A DNA stretch of 64,000 nucleotides. Origin: Camelus dromedarius (taxonomy: Eukaryota). Location of the stretch: positions 37,078,001 through 37,142,000 of the forward strand of contig NC_087436.1 of the NCBI RefSeq assembly GCF_036321535.1, in the 5' to 3' direction. The stretch's first letter is position 1, and the number at the start of each line of letters is the position of its first letter. Shown here piece after piece: positions 25,327 through 37,339 of this stretch. The position numbers and the translations under genes are program-made. Under the pieces are notes generated by a model. That model made no database searches and was not told where the DNA came from. It saw only the letters and a list, made by a program, of their open reading frames with translations.

Positions 25327-25836
25327 CAATGAGGTAGATTAACAATGTTATTGAGAGAGAGAGAGAGTTTGAGAGATCAAGAAATTCCTTACACTGTAAG
25401 ATACTTGGTGGAGAGGCCTAGGAACCTGGGAATTTGGTACAGCAGGCTATAACATTGGGGGCTCTCAGTAACAGAATAATAATAGTGTTTAGTAAAATGC
25501 ATTCTTACTCAACATCCCACTTGTTTTTGTTCCTCACAACAAAGCCAAGGAAACAGTGAGCAAGGTGTGTTACAGGTGAAGGGACTGAGAGTCAGAGAGC
25601 TGAAGCAACCACTGACATGTGTTCCTGAGACCAGAATTAGGTCACAGCTTTTTTTCCATCCTGTTTCTTTGAACCCCCTGCTATCACTGGAAGAGTTATT
25701 ATAGGAAGCCCATTAAATAATTTGGGGTGTTTACATCAGGCCTTATTCCCTGAATTCAGCCCAGGGCCCTTTCCTGTATCTTCACAAAGAATGCGATAAA
25801 GTTGGAGGCTCATGGAGTGGACAATGATAACCTATT

Positions 25837-26432
25837 GTGTTAGCAGCTCTGGTAGCCAGACTCCAAGATGGCCACCAATGAGCCTTACCCCTGGTGTTCA
25901 TGTCCTTGGACTCCTACATCGAATAGGGCTGACCTACCTGTGTGACCTGCAGAAGTCTTTCTGCAGTAGGATACCGCAGAAATGAAGGTATATGACTTCT
26001 GAAGCCAGCCGTAATTGGAGCTGCAGTTTCTGCCTTGTTCTCTTGGATTGCTGGGGGACATGCTCTCAGCTCTCAGCTCTGGTGCTCAAGGGGAAGTCAG
26101 CAGAGGGTTGTGCAGCCAAGCAGCCCTGTGGAGAAGCCCACATTGTAAGGAACTGAGGCCTCCTACCAATAGCCAGCATTACTTAGAAGCCATGTAAGTG
26201 AGCCACTTTGGAGCCGGATTCTCCAGCTCCAGACAATCCTTCAGGTGACTGCCACACTGGTGAACCTGACTGCAAACTTGCAAGAAACCCAAAGTCAAAG
26301 TCACCCATCTAAATGCTCCCAAATTCTTGACCCACAGAAACTGTGAGGGGTATGTTTATGTTTACCAATGTTTATGTTGTTTTAAGCCGTGAAGCTTTGG
26401 GGTAGTTTGTTACACAGCAACAGATAAACTGG
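25837..26432 (+). mobile_element. MLT1 (MaLR) LTR
   Basis: ccaagatggccaccaatga...aaggaactgaggcc...tgttttaagcc...ttggggtagtttgttacacagcaacagataa. Confidence 0.8.
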
Positions 26433-26929
26433 ATTTCTTTCAAAGCTGTACCATATGGGCTGTGGGTGATCTTAGTCAGATACAGAGAGGCCTTACGGGC
26501 TTAAAGGAGCACTTTGTTGTTGTGTGGTTTTGTTTTTGCTTTCCACCAAAGAAACTGTATTCTAGGTCAACATTGGAAGACTTTGTACAATGTAACAGTT
26601 GAAATGCGTTTTCTCTTTAATGCTTTTATGAATGACTTGTCCACAGCAAAGTGCAGTCTATATTGAGTGCATCTGCGACTCTGAAGAGCAAGGCAGCTTG
26701 AACTGGCGTTCACTCGGGCACCCTTAAGTCATCTCACAGCTCTTTAGACCACCTTCACTGTCACCTTTAATACATTTGGTCTCTGGGCTATGGTATCTTC
26801 TGCCCTTTGGGAAAGCTTGGACAGGGAAAAACAATGAAATAAATTTATTAAGAAGGGAGGGGCTAGAGACCTCATTGTATGTTAGGGTTGGGAATATTAA
26901 GATCATTTGCAAAATAACCAGCCCCAGCC

Positions 26930-27740
<811 letters not shown>

Positions 27741-28401
27741 TGCAGAAAGAGAAAAGTTAAGCTCTTGGAGCCGAAATGGCTTTGAGCACCTGCAAGCTCT
27801 TCTTCCCAGTCTAGCTGCATTTTATCTTGAACCCAAGGGGAAGAAAACTTGAACCCAAGGGGAAGACAATTCAGTCCAGCTACTTACAAACAAAATTGAA
27901 TGTCAGCCTAACCTTTGGGAAAGGAGGCGGGAGGAAACAGGCTGCACTTGAAGTATTCCAAATACTTTAAGTATCATTGTGCTTTGATAGACGCTAAATG
28001 GGGTTCAGTTGGCAGTGCCAGGGAGACAGGATTCAGCAGCCCAGATTTTATGAGGAATCTCTTCTTCCCCCTTGATCCTTACTGCTGTTGTAGACGCCGG
28101 CCTGGTAGGTGCCTGCGCATTGCTGTGGCGGGTAGGCTTGTAATCTGGAGCAGCAGGAGGATGAGCGTTAGAGTGGGAGTCACTGGAAGAGTCCTCGGGG
28201 TTGCTATGGAGGGCTGGAGAAAAAAGGCAGTTTACACGTTGCAGGGCAACAGGAAAAGGACAGGAAGAGCGAAGCTGTCATTTCAGCAAGGCTGCCTGTC
28301 CTACGTGATTAGAATGTTGGTGGAAGATTGACGGGCAGGAGTAAAGTTGTCACCAGTGTGCCCTAAGTACCCTCCCAGCAAATAACAACTTCATCTTCCA
28401 G

Positions 28402-28549
28402 ATGCTTTTTCCTCGATTTACGCCATCACAAGTCCTGGAGCACCGCATCGGACTGGTGCGCGGAGGGCCGCAGCTTCAGTTACAGGCGGGTAACGGGGAA
28501 CCCTGCACGGAGGGGCTGGAACAACCGGAGATGGAAGTTTTCTGCGATG
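28402..28549 (+). other. SMIM43: Predicted non-coding (3'UTR) exon of SMIM43
   Basis: Acceptor cttcatcttccag|, donor ATG|gtaagc. An alternative donor lies at ~28588 (ctag|gtaaat). Confidence 0.45.
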
Positions 28550-29611
28550 GTAAGCAGGGGCCACCCTTGGTTTCACTTTGTCCCTAGGTAAATTTCTCAA
28601 GACCCAGGACCTAAAACAGTGAGAGGTTAGGATGGAGGAAATGGGTACAATGAAATAAAGGGCACTCTTCCACTCAGAACTGACGAGCTTTGACGAGCTT
28701 CTCCTGGAACCTAGGAGACATGGCTTTCCTAATTCAGTCCAAGAGTCAGTGTCTAAGTGGAGGGTCATAATCTTTTAATTAAAATGGGATGTGAGGAGTG
28801 ACTGCAATTTTAATAAATACTCTGTTATTTTGGAAACCAGCGCAGGGGTTCTTGAAGTTGGAATATGGAATGCAGACATAACTTGTCTTCAATAAGGGAA
28901 GATTTAGCTTCAGTCATGTTTATGGTAGGATAAGCTGTCCATGTGATGACTGTAACACTGAAAATATTTACTAACTTTAGGCACAAAGGAAGACCATGTA
29001 GAAGGGCTAAAAATAACAAAATACTAAGTTTTGCCTAAGTTGATAATATGAAAGTGAAATGAAAGATGATTATTTTAATAATTCAAGGGAAGGAAAAAAT
29101 AGTCTCATTTAGGTGAATAATTATGGGGAAAGTTTTGGCCTGAGACGTTCAGATAATTTCCCACATTTTCTATTTTGCTCTACTAGAATAGAACTGTTGT
29201 TAATGAAGTAAGTGGTTTATTTTAAATATAATGTCATGAGCAAATTCTCATATGTACATATATACATATATATATACACACACACACACCTCTCTTTATC
29301 GAGGTATAGTAAGACTTGATTTGAATTCCCAGTTTGAATCTCTGAATCAACTGCAGTGCTTTTATATCGTACTGTGAACAATAGCTCTCTAATTGGTTAT
29401 CATGTCTGCAGTGGCATTTAGCTCCACAGTTGTATGATTAATATGGACTTCGAAGATGGGTGTGGGAATAATTAATAAGCAATAATAATTGTTTACAAGG
29501 CTGGAAAATAATCACTTCATACTTTATAAATAATCAGAATGTAAATTATTATAACCATAACCTGCTTGACTTGATTTTTTTTTTTGAAGTTAGATCATCA
29601 AGGTAGTGAGG

Positions 29612-29703
29612 TTTTTTCCTTTTTTAATGGAGGTTCTGGGGATTGAACCCAGGACCTTGTGCATGCTAAGTGTGCACTCTACCACTGAGCTATACCCTAC
29701 CCC
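29612..29703 (-). mobile_element. Vic-1-like SINE
   Basis: atggaggttctggggattgaacccaggaccttgtgcatgctaagtgtgcactctaccactgagctatacc. Confidence 0.88.
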
Positions 29704-29705
29704 AA

Positions 29706-29985
29706 TTTTATTTTTTTAGTGAAGTTTAGTTGATTTACAATATTGTGTTAGTTTCTGGTATACATCATAGTGATTAAGTTATACATACATACATATTCTT
29801 TTTCATATTCTTTTTTGTAATAGGTATTACAAGGTATTGAATATATTTCCCTGTGCTATACAGTAGGACCTTGTTGTTTATCTATTTTGTATATAGTACT
29901 TTGTATCTGCTCATCCCGAAATCCCAATTTATCCCCACCCACCTTGGCCCCTGGTAACCATAAATTTGTTTTCTATGTCTTTGTA
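29706..29985 (-). mobile_element. L1 3'-end fragment (artiodactyl type)
   Basis: ttgatttacaatattgtgttagtttctgg...ccctgtgctatacagtaggaccttgttg...ggtaaccataaatttg. Confidence 0.85.
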
Positions 29986-30003
29986 ATCCTTTATTCTTCC
30001 TAG

Positions 30004-30073
30004 CAGTACCACTGGTGTACAAAGGTTTAAACCACTCTGACTCTTCCACACAGGAAACTATAGAGAACGCAAG
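30004..30073 (+). other. SMIM43: Predicted non-coding exon of SMIM43
   Basis: Acceptor tttattcttcctag|cag (NAGNAG) and strong donor CAAG|gtgagt. Confidence 0.55.
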
Positions 30074-30531
30074 GTGAGTAGTTTGCTGCCATCCCACTGT
30101 TAAGCCAAACTCTTTGCTGGTTCTACTGACTCAGTTTCCTACGAACAGAGTGGTTGCCTTTCTATCTTGTGGCCGGTGCCATTTTATAACCTCCCCGGAA
30201 TCTAATTCATTCATTACTAAGTTCCCATTTATCCAGGCAAAAATGAATATTTATTCCTATTACCCAATTTCCTCCTGGAACTTGGCCCTAAACTGTGAGA
30301 ATGAAGGGTTCTCACATTTGCTATCAGAACTTGATGCTTTTGATCTCCTGCTTTGCATTTCTTTGTTAGAGATCTTGCTTTTGAAACTTGGATACTTGCA
30401 TATAAGCTGCCTTGTTTTATTCATTTATTCAATCATCATTTTTCAAAACCCAGCATAGACCCATCTCCCACATTAGAACTACTTTTGAACTCACATTACT
30501 TACATTTTTTGCTACTTGTACACATTCTTTT

Positions 30532-30800
30532 TTTAACTGAAGTATAATCAGTTACAATGTATCATTTTCTGTATACAGAGAACAATGTCCCAGTCATGTA
30601 TATACATACACATATATTCATTTTTATATTCTTTTTCATTAATTTTTATAAGATACTGAATATGGTTCCCTATGCTATACAGAAGAAATTTGGTTTTTAA
30701 ATCTGTTTTTATATATAGTGGCTAACATTTGCAAATTTCAAACTCCCAAATTTATCCTTTCCCACTTCCTTTCCCCCAATAACCATAAGATTGTTTACTA
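30532..30800 (-). mobile_element. L1 3'-end fragment with TSD
   Basis: Flanked by ACTTGTACACATTCTTTT at 30514-30531 and 30805-30822. Confidence 0.85.
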
Positions 30801-30822
30801 TGCCACTTGTACACATTCTTTT

Positions 30823-31070
30823 TTTGGTGTATATATATATATATATATTTATTTATTTATTGAAGTAAGTGTAGTCAGTTTACAATGTTGTGTCAGTTTA
30901 TGGTGTACAGCATAATGCTTCAATCATACATGAACATATATATATATATATATATTTGTTTTCATACTCTTTTTCACCATAAGTTACTACAAGATAGTGA
31001 ATATAGTTCCCTGTGCACTACAGTATGAACTTGTTTATCTATTTTATATATAGTGGTTAGTATCTGCAAA
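30823..31070 (-). mobile_element. Second L1 3'-end fragment in tandem
   Basis: tattgaagtaagtgtagtcagtttacaatgttgtgtcag...gaatatagttccctgtgc...tatagtggttagtatctgcaaa. Confidence 0.8.
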
Positions 31071-31418
31071 CGATCAGGGTTTCAGGCTTGTACATGTTGG
31101 CTGCTGCATCCACTGACCACACCACGGGCCTGGCAACCACCATACCAAGTTTATTTTGGAAGACAGTGTACATATGAGCTAGACATTAAAACCCTTGAAA
31201 AATCAGGAATATTTAAAAGAACTGCTCATTATATGTGTAACTTGATTATAGAACATTGCTATTATTATTTTATTTTCAATAAAAGGTTTTTAGTGACTTC
31301 AGCAATCTTAGAAGCTGAGTTGAATTTCTTACATTATAAGGAAATGGGTCGTAATTTGATTATTATGTAATATTAGTATTCTGTTTCAACTGTTCTTATT
31401 TCATTGTTGTTTCTAAAG

Positions 31419-31486
31419 TTCAGCAGTTTAAAGTGACTTCAAATCTTATTAGGATAACCTTGATTGTTTTACTGATTTCCAAACTT
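31419..31486 (+). other. SMIM43: Predicted SMIM43 3'UTR exon (homologous to the first coding exon of the old human TMEM155 ORF)
   Basis: Acceptor ttgtttctaaag| (alternative AGs at 31422-31426), donor ctt|gtaagt. Translates VTSNLIRITLIVLLISKL versus recalled human MASDLIRTILAVALISKL. Confidence 0.7.
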
Positions 31487-31619
31487 GTAAGTGCTGAGTC
31501 TACAGATCTACCTGGAAAGAGAACCATTTTAAGTTGAATCAGAATGACATCACCATCACACCTGTAAAACCTAAAATGTCTAATAAAGTAGATTCCTATG
31601 TCTAAACTTCAATTTTAAG

Positions 31620-31776
31620 GCACAGCTGTAGATGCAGGACTGATGCCATCTGGTGTGATTCCACAGAATAAGAGAGAAGATTTACCCAGAGTGTGCCATG
31701 CACTGGCTTTTCTGGGAATGACAAGGTGCCAGGGTTTGTTTTTGGTTCACTTGCAGGGGTGGAAACTTGGAACTAG
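31620..31776 (+). other. SMIM43: Predicted SMIM43 3'UTR exon (homologous to the middle exon of the TMEM155 ORF)
   Basis: Acceptor aattttaag|, donor ACTAG|gtgagt. Translates TAVDAGLMPSGVIPQNKREDLPRVCHALAFLGMTRCQGLFLVHLQGWKLGT, closely matching recalled human TMEM155. Confidence 0.78.
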
Positions 31777-32639
31777 GTGAGTAAAAAATATGCAATATCC
31801 CATTTTTAGCATGGCATTTCATGTTTCCAATCTTGCCTATAGTTTCAAAATAAATGCAGTAGAGTTAAAATTTTTTAATAGCCAAAGTTTTAAACATTGT
31901 GAATGGTTAAACCATTTAGGAGATTGGGAAATGCTTATTTTTTGTTACTTATACCTACTAACCTAGGGTCTTTTAGCATAGTAACAGTACTAATGCAGTA
32001 CATAGAGAGTACCTGCACAATATTGTACTTTGTAATTTTTACAGCTACTCTGAGGTATTAAATTACATCCCACAATTAAAACTCTGGGGACATTAGGAAA
32101 TTGCTGTTAGATGTCTGTGTCACATACAAGGGAAAGTTAAAAATTGACCTGTAGATCTTTGATGTTGATTTTTTGGGTGGGAGGGGTTGAATCAATGAAA
32201 TAAATTCTCAATTCTCCCTTTCTTACTTTGTCTATGCAAAATAAAGTTATAGATTAAATAATCTGACTAATTATCTGAGTAGTTAGCATCTTACCATATA
32301 AGAATTTGAGTAATCAGAAGGGCAGACCTGTGTTTAGAAGAATAATCAGAACATAATAAACACTCAAAAGAACTTCCTGCTGGATTAAGCTAAAAACCCT
32401 GTTATTTACCTTAATAGCAGCTAGCTATTTTACACAATAAGCCTAATCATTTCCTCCACCTTCAGTCTGTAAAAGTGTTGGTGGGTTCAAGTTAAAATTT
32501 TTATACTTTTGTTTTATTAATGGGATTCTCTGAAGTTACTTGAACTTATTGACTATGTACAGATTCTTCAGGTAAGATTTTTTTTTTTTTTTATTTTGAG
32601 ATGAAAATCTTTCTTATTGGGAATCCAGGTGGATTGCTT

Positions 32640-33095
32640 TCTTGAAATTCCTGAACAGTGGCTTAAACAAAGTAGGGGTTTCATTTTGCTGTCGTGTAAC
32701 AAGGAGGTAGGGGGTAGGCTATCACTGGTGTTGGTTCAGCAGCTCACAGGTGTCAGGGTCAAGGTGGCCCCTGAGATTCCCATGGCTCTTCCCTTAGGTT
32801 CCAAGACAGTTGCCGCAGTTCCCCGCAAGAAGACGGAGGAAGCCCAAAGGAGAAACAGGGCATACTCGCTCCGCTTGAGTCAGCTTCCTTTTAAAGAGCT
32901 TTCCAGGCAGCCCAACAATGTTTGCCTACATCTCACTGGCCAGACTGTGTCATTGGCTACTGTTATCTCTAAGGTTGCCTGAGAAATGTAGTTTTTGCAG
33001 CTGGACATATAATTGCCTTCAACAAAAATCTGAGTTCTCTGGATTAGGAAGAAGATAATGGTGGATCATGGGTGAACGACTGGCAGTCTGTCCTC
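32640..33095 (-). mobile_element. Old MLT1 (MaLR) LTR overlapping the last SMIM43 splice acceptor
   Basis: cagtggcttaaacaa, tggttcagcagctc, ctcactggccagactgtgtcattggc and gagaaatgtagttttt are typical of antisense MLT1J-M copies. Confidence 0.6.
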
Positions 33096-34345
33096 TGGAT
33101 ACAAAATACAGGAAAGGAGCATAACATTTGAAACAGATCAAAACTGTAGTTTCTTGACAACCGGCAACACTCCAAGCAACACTGCTCTGCTCTGAGAGGA
33201 TGAGCAGGAGTGAAGACATGCTGGGTTTTCTTAAGAAATTCTTGGCAGGACTGACCTTATTTCTGAGCCATATACTTGCCCCCATCAAGATTTTCTAGAG
33301 CAGGACCCTGGGAAGCTGCACGCTTTCTTGGAAAACATAATCTCTTCGTGGAGGTTTGAAATGAGATAAGGAAGGCTATATCTTGCTGCTTCCCCATCTG
33401 CTTCATGTATCTTTTCTCTAATTTTCCTGCCAAATTTTTTGGTGGAGTCTAGTTGTGTATTTGATCCCCATAAAATGTTTATCCCTTTCATGCACAGGAG
33501 AGGGTAATCTCTGTGTGGAAAGGCTACTTTACTCCCCTCTGTGACTCCACACCCCATCTAGGAATATCCTGGGACAATTGCTTCTCAGAGCTGCTTCCAT
33601 AAGCAGCCTACATCCTGGTTAAGCAAAAGCAGAAGAAACACTTCCCACATCCAGGGCTGTCCAAAAGAACTTCCTGTGATGACAGAAATGTTCTATATCT
33701 GCAGTGTCTAATGTGGTACCCAGTAGCCACACGTGGCTAGTGAACACTTGAAATGTGGCTAGTGTGACTGAGGAAGTAAAATTTAATTTTCTTTAATTTT
33801 AAATAATTTTAAAAAATTGAAATAAATTAAATAGCCACATGTGGCTCGTGGCTATTGTGTTGTAGAGCATAGCACACCCCTTTCCCTTTCTCGTGTTTTA
33901 GAACTTGCTGGGAGGGATGTGAGCAAGTCATATGCTGGCTTCCATGGTCTTCACGGTCCCATCTTGCCATTGAACTTGTCTCTCAGAGGAGAAAGAAAAA
34001 TGATATTTTGGAACTAAATTCAAGATGTTAACTTGACATTTCTACATTGCACATACTCCTGTATAAATGGAACGGTCTCCTGGGAACAGGTCCTGTGACT
34101 GATGCTGGTGATAACTGATGGGAAGGTGGTGGTGCCGGTCCACTTAACATTCCTAGTGAACATTCTGTGCTCCTAGTCAGAGTGAGTTGGTGGAGATTAT
34201 TTTATTCTGTTGTGCAATTCATTCTGTGTTACTTTATTTTTGTAATACTGTGGCTGCTAAATGATTATTCTGTATCTGTTTTTCAAAATATTCAGTGGTT
34301 TATATTTTTTAAAAGGCTATGAAATAAAAAAATACTAAATGTATG
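32798..34345 (+). other. SMIM43: Predicted terminal exon / 3'UTR of SMIM43
   Basis: Acceptor ctcttcccttag|g continues the TMEM155-like frame (RFQDSCRSSPQEDGGSP). AATAAA at 34323-34328; the 3' end is inferred. Confidence 0.6.
33652..33872. mobile_element. MER3-like hAT-Charlie fossil
   Basis: ctgtccaaaagaacttcctgtgatgacagaaatgttctatatctg...tagccacacgtggcta...cacttgaaatgtggctagtgtgactgagga...tagccacatgtggct. Confidence 0.8.
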
Positions 34346-34411
34346 TATCTCAGCTTTTTGAATGTGTGAATTATTATTACCCATACTTTTTGAAGAGATA
34401 ATTAAATTTGC

Positions 34412-34535
34412 TTTTTTTTCGGAGGGGCGGTCATTAGGTTTATTTATTTATTTTTAGAGGAGGTCATGGGGATTGAACCCAAGACTTTGTGCATGCTAAG
34501 CATGCATCTCTACCTCTTGAGCTATATCCTCCCCC
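34412..34535 (-). mobile_element. Vic-1-like SINE with full 3' tail
   Basis: gggggcggtcattaggtttatttattt...ggggattgaaccc...gagctatatcctccccc, with approximate TSD aagag(a/t)taatta. Confidence 0.85.
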
Positions 34536-34759
34536 TCAAAGAGTTAATTAGGATGAGGTTAGTGGATGGAAAATTTTTTTTTTTGTATCGGATTTCCTTT
34601 GTAATAGGCATATCTATATGCCAATTAATGTTATCTTTTAAAAATATCTAGTGCTTCTTTCATTGTATACAGAGTTTTGGTAAAATATGATGGTGATAAT
34701 GGTATTGGGTTAATTCTTTTCTCAAGTGTCTGGTTGCTTTTCTACACTAAGCATCACTT

Positions 34760-35310
34760 GAATCTTGCTTCAGTGTCCTGTTTTGGGTTCTTTGTCTTTT
34801 GTTATTGAGTTCTAGGAATTCTTGAAACTATCCTAGACCCTATTCTTTTATCAGAAATGTTTCACAACAGTATTCTTCTAATTTGTGGATAGCCTATTCA
34901 TTTTCCTAATAATGTCTTTAAAAGAGAGATTTTTTAATTTTGAAGATAAATTTATTGTCTTTTTTTTTTTATTATTATTGCTTTCTGTGTCCTCTTTAAG
35001 AGGCTTCTGCCTATCTTTCAGGTCACAAAAATATTCTCCTGTGCTTTCTTCTAGACTAGAAGCTTTATAGTTTTAATTTTACTGTATCTGTTCTCTATCT
35101 CAAATTAATTTTTGTGTTTGCTATGAGCTAAGGATTGGGTCCTCCCCTCACCATATATATGAACAGTTTTCCCCCTATTTGCTGAAAAGACTTTTCTTTC
35201 CCCATTGGATTGCTTTGGCATCTCTGTCGAAAATCAAATGACTACATAAGTGTGGGACAATTTCTGGGCTTTCTATTCCATTTCATAGTATCATCCTTAA
35301 GCTATTACCT
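34760..35310 (-). mobile_element. Ancient L1 (L1ME-like) ORF2 3' fragment
   Basis: ttgtcttttgttattgagtt...tgctgaaaagacttttctttccccattggattgctttggcatct. Confidence 0.6.
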
Positions 35311-35875
35311 CATTCTCTTGATGACTGTATTTTCACGATGTCTTGGTATTTATTCACCACAAAATGTTATAAACTTGAACTTTTATAATAAACTCCTACT
35401 AAAGACTCCACACACAAAAGGACACTTCAGTAATTTCAGCTGAAAATGGTTAAATTCAATAAGAAATCCCCACCCTGATACCATGCTTCCTTTATCCTTG
35501 CTCGTAGCACCGCCCATAATCTGAATCTGGATTTGGAGTAGAATTTGGTCAAAAGGATCCTCGTAAGTACAAAACATCCTTTTTTCTGTTATTACAGTTG
35601 GGAGCAAACTGCAGTTTTTAAAGGGATTTTTTTTTCTTTCTTTTTTTTTTTTTTTACTAGAAAGCTAAAGTGATAAACAACAAACAGAAAACAGAGAGGC
35701 TCGTGAGTTGTTAGGGTCCCAGCTTCTTCACCGGCATAAGTTGAGCCAGGTGGGACTGCCTGGCTCACGCATCAGGACAGCCATTTGGATGTTTACCCCT
35801 CATCTCAGTGGTGCCTGACACTTGAGTGGCTGGATGCCTGATCATGCTTTTTAGAAATTTTAGCTGAGGTGGTTT

Positions 35876-36483
35876 TGATACAGGAAAATGTGGGGCGAGA
35901 GGATGGCCACGTCCCAGGTCACGGCTGAGTCTCTGGGACGTGCCTCACCAAGTGTGGGTCTTTGGCTTCACTTAGGAAAGAATTCAAGAGTGAGCCACAG
36001 TTGAGTAAAAGTAGACTTATTCAGAGAGATATATACTCCATAGACAAGAGTGCAGGCCCTCTCAGAAGGCAAGAGGAAGGCCATGAGGTGTGGGGGTTGG
36101 GTGCTCAATTTAAAGTAAAAGTAGATACACACTCCATAGACAGAGTGCGGGTCATTTCACTTAGAAGGGAGAGCTGTCATGAGGTTCTGTGTTGCTCGTT
36201 TTTATGGGCTCGGTAACTTCATATGCTAACAAGTGGAAGGATTATTCCAACTACTTTGGCAAAGGGGATGGGATTCCCAGGAACTGGGCCATCATCCACA
36301 CTTTGACTTTTGTGGTCAGCCTTGAAACCATACTGGCACCTGTGGGAGTGCCATTTAGCATGCTATTGTATTTCAGTGAAATTATATTGAAGTTCAAGGT
36401 TTTCTGGGAGTTGAATTTCCCACCGTCTTGGTGCTAACTGCTATGTCCTTCTTTTAATGGCTGCCGCCTTCCCTCCTGTCTCA
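35876..36483 (-). mobile_element. Solo LTR (ERV1-like), copy A
   Basis: TGATACAGG...TGTCTCA termini with perfect 4-bp TSD GTTT. Homologous to 47971-48617; orientation inferred from the minus-strand AATAAA in copy B. Confidence 0.88.
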
Positions 36484-36841
36484 GTTTGATTGGCACCAAA
36501 TCATGTCTCATGCCCCGTTTTATTTGCATGCAGTTTTCTGGGCATGCAACTTCTTATCCTTTACACATCTTGACTGGGAACTCATTGCAAAGTCTCAACC
36601 CATTAGAGGAAAAGTGAATGGTGCCACCCACCTCCCACTACTATAATCTCACTCCTCTCCTTGAAACTGTTGCTAACAATTTGCTGTATATCTTTTGAAA
36701 TGACTTTCTGTGTATTTTCTACGTATAGTTAGCCGGTCACATTTAATCACATTTACATGAACATGCATAAAAGCTTTAAAAACATATATAGTCAGCATTA
36801 GATGATAAATATGCTGCAATTTGCTTTCATCTCTAATAAGT

Positions 36842-37335
36842 TGTGACAGGTTGTATTTTCCAAAAGATGGCTACAACATTGCCTTCCATCTCACATACTC
36901 TACAATGTGACTTTGACATTGAGAGATAGGGTCTATGTCCCCTTCCCTTGAATTGGGGCAGGCTTGTGACTATAGAAAGTGTCACTTTTGGCAGAAGTGA
37001 CACTGACTTATGAAGCTTGGTCAGGAGAGACAGTGCAATTTTCCCACCGTTTGATGGACTACCTACTTTCAGAGCCCTGAGGCACCATGTAAGATTGGGA
37101 GTATCCTGAGGTCAGCATCATTTTCTGAAGAAGCCCAGGCAAGGGGAGAGACCCCATGGAGGTGCTTTAGTTGAGTGCCCCAGGTGGCAAATAAGCCCCA
37201 GCTGTTGAGTCCTCCCAGCTGAGGTTCCAGACTTCATGCAGCAGAAACCAGCCAATCTCACTGTGCCCTGGCTGAATCCTCGGGATTAAGTCACTAAGTT
37301 TCTGGAGAGTTTGTTATAGCAATAGTACCTGAAGA
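36842..37335 (+). mobile_element. MLT1 (MaLR) LTR
   Basis: tgtgacaggttgtattttccaaaagatggctacaac...taagtcactaagtttctggagagtttgttatagcaatag. Confidence 0.75.
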
Positions 37336-37339
37336 GTAT

